A DNA stretch of 64,000 bases from positions 71,052,001 to 71,116,000 of the forward strand of contig OX597814.1 in the NCBI GenBank assembly GCA_951406725.2. The letters run 5' to 3'. This DNA is from Octopus vulgaris (lineage: Eukaryota). Below the pieces are notes generated by a model, which saw nothing but the letters and a program-made list of their open reading frames with translations, made no database searches and was not told where the DNA came from. Each line of letters begins with the position of its first letter. The stretch's first letter is position 1. The position numbers and the translations under genes were made by a program. Positions 25,620 through 38,851 of this stretch are shown piece by piece.

Positions 25620-28250
25620 TAATTAATTAAGTCCCCGCTCAAGCTCTTGAATCATTCTGATCTAAAAACCAAAATCTAAAGAGGAGTTTTATTATGAATA
25701 CATTGTGGCTAAATACAGATAGGACAGAATACTGTACAACGACAGGAAAACATATGCAATTGACCCGGAAAGCTTCTAAACAAAATGCATAATGGGGAGA
25801 CACCTGAAAAAGACTTCATTGGTGCAAGTTGCTGATATTTTATAGAAAATTATTAAATGCATATTCAAGAGGACTATGGAGGGTCAGATTGTAGCCAAGA
25901 ATTATACCACGGAATTAACTGGAACCTATAGGCTCGTTGTTTGCCTAAACATTATGTATAAACTATGTATAAGTTGCCTCAGGCAATTCTTCCATGATCC
26001 TTGTGAATCTAACACCATAAAGACTTAGGAAAAGGCCGATGAAAAGGAAGGAGTTTGGGGATGTACCAAACAACTTTTGACAGTCAATGCTGTACTGTCT
26101 AAAGAAAGAAAATACCATAGAAGCCCTTGCAACAGTATGACCTCATTATCGGAAAGCATTCGACTCTATTCCCCACTGCTAAAATGTCTGCATTTGGTAA
26201 GAATGCCTTATATCTTTGCTGTTGCCATTGAGAAGCTCATAAAAACCTGGGCAACAATTCTCACACAACTGAGAGCAGAACTATCGTCTCCAATGTTATG
26301 ATTATTTCTATGAGAATATTCGGAGATAGTCTTTCTGTAATTCTGTTCATTTGGACATTAAGTCCAGTATCATTCCTGATATAAAAAACCAAATGGCTAC
26401 ATGTTAGGTTCTGAAACTGCTAGAGACATTAATATAACCCATTATTTCTTCGTAGATGGTCTGAAGATTTATGCTAAAACGTTAACAATGCCAAAAAAAG
26501 CAGCTGGAGTTGATAACACTTTCAGCTGACATAGGAATGAGCAAAAGAAATATGAGCAAAAGAAATGTTCATATTTAATCGTTGAACGGGGAACATCAGT
26601 CTCCTAGACCCAAAGCATGTGCATCAATGGTCTCACCATCTCTCCTGTTCCACACAAAGCATGCTGTAAATACCTCGGCATTGATGAAAACATACCATAC
26701 GAAGGTTCTGAATAAAGATAGTATGATCTGAAAATATTATACCAGACTCAGAAAAATATGGCAGTCGGAAATCTCGTATAACAGGACAGTATCTTACAAT
26801 GAATTTACAGTACTAATGCTGACTCCAACATTTGGGATACTTAATTGGTCTGAAGAGAAAATCGACTACATAGAATTAAAACCCGCAAGATCCTGACATC
26901 AAAAAGAAACATTCACAGAAATAGCGATATCGACAGGATCTACTAAAGAAAAGATGAAGGAGGTAGAGTCTTGCGTTCAATGCAGACAGCCGTTGAATAT
27001 TGTATAGTCTTTCTGAGACAGCACCTACAAAACAACAGCAGCAAAAACAAATACATAAACTTAGTACTGGAAAGTGAAAAATGTTGGCAATGAGCTCTTC
27101 AGAAAGCATTATCTTCCTGATGACCTCCCATACAACCCGGAAACAGCCTCGATGTAAAACGCTTATCAAACAAAAACAAAAAAGACTATGCATGAGTGTT
27201 TCCCGAAGACTTGAAGAAGACAGTAATATCCTTCCTACTATAAGCGCAAAACCTGAAATTTGGGGAGACGGGGTTAATCGATTACTTCGACCCTTGTGCT
27301 CAACTGGTACTTATTTCATCGACCACGAAATGATGAAAGGCAAGGTCAACTTAGAATGTAACGACGGAGAAAATGTCGCTAAGCATTTTGTCCGGTGTGC
27401 TAACGATCCTGCCAGCTCACTGCCTTGAAAAAAACAGTAATAACAACATGAAGTGCAATCTCTCTTCGATTACATTACATCAACTTCGAAGGCCATGTTT
27501 AGGAACAGCAGATTTCTACGAAATATCTAATAAACAAAAGAAATAGTGAAGCTCTTGGAACCCCAAGATGCAAGCGAAAATATTGATTATGTCATATTTC
27601 TGTAGAAGACATCATATATGTAATTCGCAGCTGCTCAAATATGGCATCAAGGTATTACCTTCCTACGGATACGACGTTATCCCCAAAACAATATACAATG
27701 CCATTAATGAAAGTAAAAGACTATCCTGAAATAAAGATAAAAATTCTCCGTTTTTGAATACATGTATAAACATCAACACAAGGAATACTGGTGGAACATT
27801 TCCATCAAAACATCTGTCAAGTGTAAATATAACAGACCGGATAATGTTGTTTGGATGGGCAAGACAAATTATGCACCGGCATAGAGGTCAACTATCCTGT
27901 GGATATGAGTGTCTCTCTGAGAATCAAAGAGAAAGAAGATAACTATGGACAACTCCGAAACCTCCAGCTTCTATCTGGATTATAAATTCACATTTATACC
28001 ATTAATAATTGGTGCACTTGGCATTGTGAGTAAATGCCTCGGTGACAATCTGAATAAGCTAGAAAAAGAAATCAAACAAATAACTCACACATTACAAATA
28101 CTATCTGTAAGTGGATCATAAAAATATTCTCAAGTTTAAAATGTGACTTTGTTTTGGTTATCTATATTCCAATGATGGAGCTTTATATCTTTGTTAGAAA
28201 CTAACCCCTTCCTCAGAGGAAGAATTCAAATAATTAAAAAAGAAGACAAT
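25620..28250 (+). mobile_element. Decayed Dong/R4-like LINE (RT + REL)
   Basis: GCTKQLL, KAFDSIPH, GDSLSVILF, THYFFVDGLKIYAK (YxDD region), KYLGI, PLIIGALG; frameshifted throughout. Confidence 0.75.
27245..27425 (-). mobile_element. SINE family B nested in the LINE
   Basis: ctggtacttatttcatcgacc..gatgaaaggcaaggtcaac..tgctaacgatcctgccagctcac. Confidence 0.8.
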
Positions 28251-28439
28251 ATACGTACATACATACTACATACATACATGCATAGATAGATACGTACATA
28301 ATTACATACATATGTATGTAATATAATACATACATATAATATCCGAAGCCGGACGCATTCAGCTACCTAATGTTTGTATAAGCATACAATACGTTCCGTT
28401 GATCTGAGATTATTACTACTGGTGCAGTATCTTATCTTA

Positions 28440-28960
28440 CTCAATTACTTTTACATGTTTACTACCTTCAAAATATTCTCCATTTGAAGCAATGCATCGG
28501 TCCAGACGCGTTTTCCACCGTTCGAAGCAGTCCTGGAACTCTTTTAACGCCTCGGTCGCTTTGTTTTTCACTTCTTCCACATCTACAAAACATTATATTT
28601 TAAGGACTTTTTTCATTCGGGGAACCAAACAAAAGAAGGGTGAATAGGGAGGGTTGGTAAGCGGGGTCATGCCATCTTTGGTCAAAAACTGTCTCACAGT
28701 CAAGGTGGTGTGCGCAGGCGCATTGTCGTGATGAAACCACCACTCTCCACTTTGTCACAGGTAAGAGCGTTTTTATCTCACCGTGTCTCGCAAATGCTTC
28801 AGAACTGCCAAGTAAAATGTCTGGTTGACCAGGAGGAACAAATTCTGTGTGGACAATTCCTTTCGCATCGATGAAACAAATCAGTATCGTCTTGACATTG
28901 AAATTCACTTGACGCATTGGGGTTAAACTCTTTCCTGCAGGTACATGATAACACCACAAT
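28440..28960 (-). mobile_element. Mariner transposase C-terminal relic
   Basis: VKTILICFIDAKGIVHTEFVPPGQ; WKTRLDRCIASNGEYFEG. Confidence 0.8.
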
Positions 28961-29261
28961 GCCAAATTTTATCCATTTTCAAAAGAAGTCGCTACTAGTT
29001 ACTTTTGAAGTTCACTTTGAATAGTGAAATGTCAGTTTATCAGGAAAGAAACAATTAAGTTATTAATATGTAGAGTTGAATTAGTGCATGCAAGATTTCA
29101 CAGCAGTAGCATCACTCCTTCTTTTCAGCCCGCCCGCATATGTGATTGTAATTGGTATAAATTTTGGTGGAGCCTGGTGTGTTGAGGTACTATTTGTAAT
29201 TTTGGGATGTTTGAAAGAGATAGAAGATAGTTTATACTTATAAGTCTTACTTAACCACTTC

Positions 29262-29772
29262 TATCTGAGTTCAGATTCCGCCGAGGTCGACTTTGCCTTT
29301 CATCCTTTCGGTGTCGATAAATTAAGTACTAGTTGCATAATCGACTGGCCCCCTCCCCCAAAATTTCGGTCACTACGCCTAGAATATACTAAAAGGGCGG
29401 CGAGCTGGCAGAAACGTTAGCACGCCGGGCGAAATGCTTCGCGGTATTTTGTCTGCTGTTACGTTCTGAGTTCAAATTCCGCCGAGGTCGACTTTGCCTT
29501 TCATCCTTTCAGGGTCGATAAATTAAATACCAGTTACGCACTGGGGTCGATGTAATCGACTTACTACCTTTGTCTGTCCTTGTTTGTCCCCACTATGTTT
29601 AGCCCAGACGTATTTCGTCTGTCTTTATGCTCTGTTCAAATTCCGCCGAGGTCGACTTTGCCTTTTATCCTTACGGGGTCGATAAATTAAGTATCAGTTG
29701 CGTACTGGGATCGATCTAATCGACTGGCCCCCTCCTAAAAAATTTCGGGCTTTATGCCTAGAGTAGAAAAGA
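29262..29772 (+). mobile_element. Cluster of three SINE family B units
   Basis: Three gaggtcgactttgcctttcatcc-like cores; full head ggcgagctggcagaaacgttagc at 29399. Confidence 0.85.
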
Positions 29773-30635
29773 ATGATTTATACTCATTCTCTTTCTGAAA
29801 TCAATAATATTAATTTCAGGTATTTAATATATGAACACTAATTACTTGTTAAACTTTCATGCTATAGCTTTATATGCTGTCGTCAGTAACTTAGTAGACA
29901 TCAGTACGCTAACCCCAGCATCTTTATTTTGCGAGAAATCTTCCCTCTGAATATATTTTAAAGCAAATATCTAGCTCCTAATGGTAATTAGTATGGCCTG
30001 TTATCTCTTACATACTGAATATAAAAAGAGAGAGCAGAAGCAGCAAAGCATCCGATCTTCTGATAACATCAGAATACCCAAAATGTACTGTTTCCATTCC
30101 GTTCAGAGCTTCATCAGTGATTCATCGTTTCCCTACGGTCTATTTCCAGATATGTAGCACATAAAAGAAGTTTAATGTCCTAGAAAATAAAACAGCGCTA
30201 GTTACGAAATCATGACTTATCTCCAGAGATGTTAATTTATCATATACTCAGTAATTGCGTGCCGCTGGTTGTCTCAAACATTTTCTGCCAAAATCTTTCC
30301 CGTGTTTTAAAAGGAAAACATTTTGATACTAACTCAGCAAATGTAATACACCTTTAAAAAATCTTATTGTTTTCATAAATAGAAATTCGATTCTCTTTAT
30401 TTCAACGAACGGACCAGAGACACAAATTATTGATGGTTGAAACTACTAGTTTCAGCATCTTTGAGTAGATCAAAGTGCGATCCACATTCTCGTTTTCTCC
30501 TCATACATATACAATCACTCTCTAATCTGTCATTCTGTCGTTCTCTTTCTCTCCCTACCGTGTACACACTGTTCTCTACACATTCAAATATATAAGCATA
30601 AACGCACACACACATACACACAAATTTATGTATGC

Positions 30636-30669
<34 letters not shown>

Positions 30670-32194
30670 ATACATATGTATATATGCATGTATATGTATA
30701 AACACAAGTGTGCGTATTAATGTCTACACATATACATATATACATACATACATACATACATACATACATACATACATACATACATACATACATACATACA
30801 TACATTACATACATACATATACTCACTCTCTTTGTCACTATGATAAACTTTTCATAGAGTGTGTAATAAATTTAACAGTCGACTAGTTCTGTATCTGTTC
30901 AATAGATTTCAAACTTGAGTTATATGAATATCTTTGTAACTAGGATTGAACCAAGTTTCTTATCTTCTGTATTAAGTTTGGCGTGAATACTTATCAGTGT
31001 ACTTTGAAAGTAACTCTACGACTATTCCATTTTTGCAAAATTTTACATATAAAAAAAATTTCTGTGTGTGTGCTTAATGCATGTATGTATGTATGTATGT
31101 ATGTATGTATGTATGTATGTATGTATGTATGTATGTATGTATGTATGTATGTATGTATGTATGTACGTGTGTGCATATATATATATATATCTTATGCTGC
31201 AAGCCAAAATAAGGAGATATAAAATTTCCATGTTCCTATGCTAAGCAATGAATAAATTAATGATATTTCTCTTATTTCTTCTATGACAGACAGTTTTTGC
31301 TTTCATTCCTTTATACTTTTTTTTGTATAGTTTGATTTTGTTTATTCAAGCGTTATTTTCATCGTTGCAGCTTAGATTTTCGTTATATATATATATTCCT
31401 GTATTCCTTTACGCTGTTTTGTGATTTTTTTGTACTATTAGTTTTGGTATTCGTAAAAAGATATCAACGAAACGCCAAGCATCTATCATTTTACACTGTT
31501 ATAGTTGGCTTCGTTTCCATTGTCGCCAATGTATTATTTTTATAGTCATTTGGGAATTGAATAAAAAAGAAGACAGAGGAGGGATGAATAGACGAAATAA
31601 CAGGAGAGTGAAATCTGCAGCATTCATCCTGAGCTGCTAAAGCCTCGTCATGTTTTCAGTGATATTGAACAATGACAGAATGTCCAATTTTGAGAATCAT
31701 ATCTCCCGTTGTAATTCCCATCATTAAACCAACTAGGTAATGTGCATTCTAAAGAGTGAACATCAGTGTTCCAAACACAAATGATGTGTTTATTAATTAG
31801 ATGTAATGCCAATTAAGTAATTAATGTCATGACTAAAATATAAATGTTAGAAAAGAGAAGGGGGAACAGAACGAGTAAAACCAAAAGAAGGGAGATAACA
31901 TAGTAAACAGAAAATATATTATTGAGACAAGCATAGGAGAGTTTTGTATTTAAATCGTATAAAATAAAAGAAAGAAGCAAATGTCAATGAGAAGGGAATT
32001 ATAACTGAACCTAATAACTATCAAACGCGTTTTAGTCTATATGATCGCCTGAATATTATTGTGTTCATGCATAAGACAGTCACTATTATTTCATCTATGT
32101 CAGGGGAAAATTTATGCATTTTATATTTATTGGAACCTTGACAACATAATATCAGCGTCATGTAATGTTTAATGGTTCATTGTTCTTCTTTTGT

Positions 32195-32261
<67 letters not shown>

Positions 32262-32655
32262 TGTGTGTTTAATGATTTACATTGGATTTCTTCGATACCA
32301 CATTTCATTGTGCTATATCATATGCATTCTCTTTTCACTAGTGTATTTGTAATGAAAATGGTGCTATAGACACGAGGAGGTTCATTACTAACTTCACTAT
32401 ATGATGAACATCTTGCAATTGCAACACGGATTTAAGCAAAAACTTGTTCGATTTCAATCTGTGCTTTATTTATCTGAATATTGACTAATGACCTCGAAAG
32501 GGACACAAGTGTCACTGAATCTCATTTCTCAATAAATATATTATTTATATGAATACTGGAAAAATTTCCTTTTTCACGGAGTTGAAATGAGTGGATGTAA
32601 TAATGATATGGTTATGTAATGTTTTTAGTCTTGGTTCTTTTTTTTTCTTGATATA

Positions 32656-32803
32656 GGTGCAGGAGTGACTGTGTGGTAAGTAGCTTGCTTACCAACCACA
32701 TGGTTCCGGGTTCAGTCCCACTTGCGCAAGTGTCTTCTACTATACCTCGGGCCGACCAAAGCCTTGTGAATGGATTTAGTTGACAGAAACTGAATGTAGC
32801 CCG

Positions 32804-32806
<3 letters not shown>
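32656..32806 (+). mobile_element. SINE family A 5' part
   Basis: ggtgcaggagtgactgtgtggtaagtagcttg.. Confidence 0.85.
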
Positions 32807-32881
<75 letters not shown>

Positions 32882-32893
32882 ATATGTATATGA

Positions 32894-32932
<39 letters not shown>

Positions 32933-32972
32933 TAAAAAATGGAGTTAACGCAGGTGTAAACAAATATTTTTA

Positions 32973-33056
32973 CTTTCGACACATGTTTCGAAAATTCCAC
33001 TGATACTATTCAAAAGAATAAATGGTATAAACAATGCAATCTTCTCTTCGGGAAAG
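32973..33056 (-). ncRNA. Hammerhead motif with expanded stem II (3' pseudo-LTR)
   Basis: CUUUC-CCGAAGA-GAAGAUU..AAUUUUC-GAAA-CAUGUG-UC-GAAAG. Confidence 0.6.
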
Positions 33057-33576
33057 TGAAAAAAACGAAACTCGTCAATACGACATTTTAGCAAAAAATG
33101 ATGGATTTGTATAGCGATAGACAGAACGCTATTAATATTGTTTAAAAAAACGTTATATGATATAACGTCATAAGTAGCTAACAGAAAGAGTAGGAATATT
33201 AATAGTGAATGTTAAATATAAAGGAAATTAAAGTTTAAATTATATATAATGATAGAGACTACTTATATGCACTAAATGTATGTTTTTGCCAATGCTTACA
33301 TCTGTATGCTCGCTCTATAACCGTGTTTACTAGAGTATTTTTAGAAAAAATAATGAAAAATAGCTCAGAATTGCAGAGAAGACAGAATTTCTTGCCTTTG
33401 TCATATGGTATCGAAATTGAGACAATCAACCATTCTAAATGAAATTGTTCATTGTGGTCTTTTAAATCCCAAATCAGTTTGCTGAGACCGGTACTATTCC
33501 GTTTATTTCTAAGTCAATTCCATATATAGAATATATAGAATGTATATAGAATGTTGAGTAATGGATAGAAATTCTT

Positions 33577-34356
33577 TTAGATAACTCTAACGATGTGCTT
33601 CCAATGTAAAATCGTACTGATTATACACTGGTATATAGAATTTTTAATCTTAGAGTTACTTGACATAAATTTAATTCTATTGGAATTGACTTCAGATACA
33701 ATAACCTTGTTATTAATATTTCTAGAGGGTTGGATTGTATTAGCTAAATTAATGTTAGTATTAGTAAATGTATTAATATTTAAGAGTTTGCTATTATGAG
33801 AAGATATAATTTGCAAGAGATTTTTTGTGTTTGAAAAACCTATCCTAACCTTATGTGAATTAATTATAGAGTAATATCTAGAATTGTTTGGAAAACTCCT
33901 AGCAATAGCTTGACGAAACAGCAGTGGGAGATTAGATTTAATTTGTCTCCCGTAAGGAATTATTAACCAAATATTTTTACTAGTATTCATAGCGTAATTA
34001 CTTTTGAAGGTGTTATATTTACTTTTAGATCGATAATAGGGGATTAAATAAGGGTTATCTGCCTTCATTCGCTTTGTATCGGTGCGTAAGTTATGTTTGT
34101 TATCAATAATTCTTTTACGACTAGAAATCTTATCTACATTATTGAATTTACAATTAGACTGAGCAGAATCAATGTAGAAAATTGTTTCTGTATAACCTGC
34201 TTTGATTAAGGCAGAGTTATAGAATTCAGCGTTATTATTGAAAATATCAACATTAGCAGATAATTTAGATAATCTAAATGAAATATTCTTAACTAAGTTC
34301 TTAGTAATTGCTCCAGGATGATTACTAAATTTGCTAATGTACTTAAGATTGGTCAT
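33577..34356 (-). pseudogene. Penelope-like RT C-terminus/linker/GIY-YIG start
   Basis: 259-aa open stretch with PLE motifs; RT core absent. Confidence 0.8.
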
Positions 34357-34418
34357 AAACCGTTGACCAATCTTAAGTAAATTAGCAAATGTCGTATTGA
34401 CGAGTTTCGTTTTTTTCT

Positions 34419-34502
34419 CTTTCCCGAAGAGAAGATTGCATTGTTTATATCATTTATTCTTTTGAATAGTATCAGTGGAATTTTCGAAACATGTGTCGAA
34501 AG
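34419..34502 (+). ncRNA. Hammerhead motif with expanded stem II (inverted pseudo-LTR)
   Basis: Same motif as 32973-33056 on the opposite strand. Confidence 0.6.
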
Positions 34503-34699
34503 TAAAAATATTTGTTTACACCTGCGTTAACTCCATTTTTTATTCATATTATTCAAATATTCAACGTAAATACGAAGTTTCTACCTTTATAAACAAGGAG
34601 TTACAACACCTTTACTTGTGAGATTTTTGCTGCCCTGGTAACTATTTATTTATTTTTCCGTGTTAATTGTTAACAAGGTAAAAATACACTCATCTATGC

Positions 34700-36890
34700 G
34701 CTTAATTCTGAGGAAACTGGTGACGATAGAGCATGAGAAATATTGTAAGTAGGAAGTGTTTAAACACGAAGAAAAGCGATGACGAAGACTTTACTACATT
34801 TGCGGGTACAGTGAACAGAGAATGCGAGAGATTTAAACTGGATAAAATAACTCCAGACTCGTTCAAGTACCTGATTTTTGTTCAGGAACTTACTGCAAAA
34901 GGGATGCAGAAGTCTGAACGAAAGTTCTCGAAAGGCTGGAAATGAACAAGGATATAACTCTCCAGAAACTGTCAGAAGATTGCGATATGATATTAAAAGT
35001 AAGGCACGACACAGAAGAAATCCAACGCAGAGACTGTTTACAGATAAAACCAGTGCGAAAAAGTCAAAAGACGGATAAATTGTTTCACAAAAAACATGAT
35101 ATATATCAAGAGATAAACCCAAGTATGGCATGTGGAAGTAGGTACCTGAGAAAAGAGTGTCCGTTCAAAAAAGCGAAGTGTTTTCGTTTTGGAAACACGG
35201 GACACTGCAGAACTAAGATGACGAAAACTGGACAAACAAGAAAAAATAAATAGTTTCTCATCAGAGAAAACAGTTTGTACAACGAACAGAAAATTCAAGG
35301 TGAGAATTGAAACCAATAGAGTCAAAAAGCAATCAGGCACGAGTAGTGACATCACTATCATATATGAAGAAACACAAATTGAAAAATAGGAATTGGTAAT
35401 TATATTTGGCATAAAATATCATAGTTCTGCAGGTTTATACATGGTAGACGGTTTAGACTACAAACAGACCACTGCCCATTGCTAATGATTTATGGATCCA
35501 AGAATGGGATCCCAGTACATACAACAGGTTGTAGTGATGAGACACCATACTACTAAACTACAACTACGCAATGGAATATTTACCTTCGAAAAAGCTAGGA
35601 TATGCTAACGGCCTATCCAAGTTAATACTCAGAAATGGCGAACTATTCGAGGACACAATAATAGCAGCCCTAAGATCCGAAGGGAAAATTAAACACATAA
35701 TATGGAACATTGTACGAGAGTTACCAATAACTCTGAGGAGATAAAGCGACACGCGTCAAAAGACAAGTTCACTAATGAAACAAAAAAACTCTGCAGTCAG
35801 CGAAAGAAAACAAAAAAAGGTTCGGTAAGAAAAAACAAGAGGTTGTTATATTCAACATGCGACGGCGTACTGATGTTTGGTGGAAGGGTAATGATACCTG
35901 AGACACTACAAAAAGAATGTTGAAAGAATTCCATGTTGAACATCCAAAGATCGCAAGAATGAAAACGATTATGTGCAGTTATGTGTATTGGCCGAAGATG
36001 GACAAGGAAGTTGAAAATGTAGTAAAAGGATGCAGAGGATGTGCTCATGCAGCGAAATTACCTTCTCAAAAATAGTAATAAAAAGTCCATGGACAAGACT
36101 ACACATCGATTTTGCGGGTCCGTTAAATGGTTATTACTACTTAGTAGTAATTGATAGTTTTACAAAACTGTCGGAAATTATTAAGTGCAAAAGACCAATC
36201 TCCGCAACTGTAATAAATGTTTTGCTCGAATTATTCGCAAGATTTGGCATCCCGGACGTGATTGATTCTGATAATGGAATGCAATTTGTGTCCTGTGAAT
36301 TTAGAAAATTCTGTGAAATGTTCAACGGTAGAACATAAAACGATAACACCTTACCATCGCAGATCAAATAGACAGGCAGAAGGTTTTGTGGACATTTTGA
36401 AAAGAGCATTGATAAAAGCAAGCAAAGTTGCAGACGAAGTCGCTCTGCAGCAATTCTTGAGGGTATACAGGTTGAAAGAACCCCAATACACCAGAAGGAA
36501 GCTCTCCAGCTCAACTAATGTTCACGAGGAAGGTGAAATTAGTTTTTGATAAACTGTTATCTGACGAGGAAAGAAAAAATATCAGGAAAGACTATCCAAA
36601 ATTATTCAAAATTAGTGATAAGGTGTACATGAGGTTGTATAAAAACAGAAAACAATACTGGGAAGAAGGAAAAATTACAAAGTACGGAATTAAAAGCAGT
36701 AAAGGTATTGAAAAAAAGACACAGAAAGTTATTGAAGAGATTAATAGAAAATGAACGAGATAGATTGGAAGAACCTATGGAATGGTTGTATGACACATTC
36801 TAGGTACCAACACTGTTACAGGTGGTTGAACCCACGCGTACAAGTGGAGGAAAAAGGAAGAACAGAGTGTTCCTACAAACAGACGCCAGA
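34700..36890 (+). mobile_element. Internally deleted Ty3/Gypsy LTR retrotransposon (gag, RNase H end, integrase; no RT visible)
   Basis: gag DEDFTTFAGTVNRECERFKL, CPFKKAKC; RNase H LQTDHCPL; HHCC H..HP..YWPKMDKEVE..C..C; integrase PWTRLHIDFAGP..SDNG. Confidence 0.85.
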
Positions 36891-36894
36891 AAGA

Positions 36895-37197
36895 AAGGCA
36901 TCTCATTTTAAAGAAATGGAGAAACTTTCAAAATATAAAGACCTGGAAATAGAGGTAACGCGAATATGAAATCTAAAAGCAGAAACAATTCCTATTATAG
37001 TGGACGCACAAATATATACAACATACAGAAAATTGCACTACTGGGCACTGCACACATCTTACGCAAAACGCTTTCAATATAGTAACCATAAGAGCATCAT
37101 AGCAAACCACAGCACATACCCAAGGTACACAGAGCTGCGCTCGGTAATGAAGTGAAAGCACGTTATAAAAATAAAACTACTGAATAATAATAATGAC

Positions 37198-37268
<71 letters not shown>

Positions 37269-37283
37269 TAATAATAATAATAA
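36895..37283 (+). mobile_element. Dong/R4 LINE 3' end with (TAA)n tail
   Basis: KEMEKLSKYKDLEIEVTR, ETIPIIV, NIQKIALLGTAHILRKTLSI*, then a 3'UTR and (TAA)n. Confidence 0.85.
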
Positions 37284-37284
37284 C

Positions 37285-37460
37285 AAAATCAAAAAATACA
37301 TTAAGAATGAGAACCCGGTTCAAAATTTCCTCAAGACACCTGATGAAGGCTGGAGAGTATGTCAGCGGAAACGTCGTGTTAACAACAAACAAGATAAGGA
37401 CAAATATCCGTCAAATGTAAATAATGTAAATAATTCCTCATCTCTCAAATATAGAACTGT
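37285..37460 (+). mobile_element. Third copy of the hammerhead tail of the 1551-2090 element
   Basis: Colinear with 1915-2090. Confidence 0.85.
37335..37380 (+). ncRNA. Minimal type I hammerhead with canonical core
   Basis: GACAC-CUGAUGA-AGGCUG..CAGCG-GAAA-CG-UC-GUGUU (GUC cleavage triplet). Confidence 0.75.
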
Positions 37461-37623
37461 ATAAAAATAAGTACCAGTTGAACACGGGTCCATGCAATCG
37501 ACTTTTTCCCTCTGAAATTGCTGGCTTTGTATCAAAATTTGAAATCAATATTTCTGTGTAAAGCATGGTCAGACTACCATTCTGTTATCTGAAATAATTG
37601 TGTTGTCAGATTACATACAAGTC

Positions 37624-37852
37624 GGCGAGCTGGCAGAAACGTTAGCACGCCGGGCGAAATGCTCTGTGGTATTTCGTCTGCTGCTACGTTCTGAGTTCAA
37701 ATTCCGCCGTGGTCGACTTTGCCTTTCATCCTTTCGGGGTCGATAAATTAAGTACCAGTTACGCACTGGGGTCGATATAATGGACTTAATCCGTGTGTCT
37801 GTCCTTGTTTGTCCCCTCTGTGTGTAGCCCCTTGTGGGTAATAAAGAAATAG
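37624..37852 (+). mobile_element. Full-length SINE family B
   Basis: ggcgagctggcagaaacgttagc (A box)..gagttcaaattcc (B box)..aataaagaaatag. Confidence 0.9.
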
Positions 37853-37879
37853 ATTACATACAATAATATAGTCGATCAT

Positions 37880-38700
37880 GTGACCGTGTCCGGACCTAGG
37901 ATACCTCTAAGTATCTGCACAAGAAAAGAACAAAATCCCATTTGAGTCTATTTTACCAATTCCATGTCTGCCAAGACTATTAGACCTGAGCATTAAACTC
38001 CCATTAAAACAATCTTGTCGTTGTACGGAACTTCGTTCCGTAATTCTCTCAAATCAGAAGAGAACTTCAATCGACAGGGAGTCGTGTTTGTTTGCTTATT
38101 CTTAATTATGAACCCTACCACTTATTCTGGGGTTTTTTTCTGTCTAAGATTTACCAATCCAGAAAAACGGTATATCTTCCAGCTAATTCTTTCAGTTGAT
38201 CACATACTGGAAGTCTTATCTCCCATACATAGAAAAGCAGTGTCATTCTAAAAAGGCTGCTTTGTAATTAAGAAGAGAACACTAATCATTAAATTGCTCA
38301 CAAGTGTTTCACAGAACAGCCATCGATTTCTTACCAGCATATATGCAAAGCTCCCGCTCGAGACGACCTCCAGTAGTATCCTTCAACTGTCACTGTCACT
38401 ATCACTTCATCGCCATAGTTTTTTTGTTTTTTTTTTTACTTTTTTCGTCATGAACGACATGCACTATGAATTTGATTACTGTAGCCTTTGTTTGTGCTTA
38501 ACAAAATCCATTCTCTCCACCTAGATAGCATTGCTCGTACTGGTAAGCCTTATTTACCATATTCCTGCAGATTTTGCAAACTAAGGGAAGCGGCACTACA
38601 CAAGTAAACTGCTCCATAATTTGTTTTTTTCCGGGGTGATGGCTTGGAAATACTCAAGGTGTCCTTTGCTATTGAATACACTCCCCCACATCATACATAT
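37880..38700 (-). mobile_element. RTE-type LINE 5' relic (5'UTR + APE endonuclease)
   Basis: Minus strand VPYNDKIVLMG.FNAQV..LGRHGIGKIDSNG. Confidence 0.6.
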
Positions 38701-38781
38701 AAACATATATGCACATTATTGGATGGTAGTTGACTCTCATAAATTCCTCCGCCTCTCCCTCTCTCTCGCTTTCTCTCTCTC

Positions 38782-38851
<70 letters not shown>

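Larger units (their letters stand above)
32925..34550 (-). mobile_element. 5'-truncated Penelope-like element with inverted pseudo-LTR
   Basis: ORF 33577-34356 (NHP..ISFRLSKLS..YNSALIKAGY, IYQC) plus out-of-frame GLSKLIWDLKD..PYDKGKKFCLLC..CKH; 32925-33089 is inverted at 34388-34548. Confidence 0.9.

Noticed and set aside
30084-30120. CUGAUGA..GAAAC on the minus strand
   Set aside because: Stems I-III do not pair convincingly.
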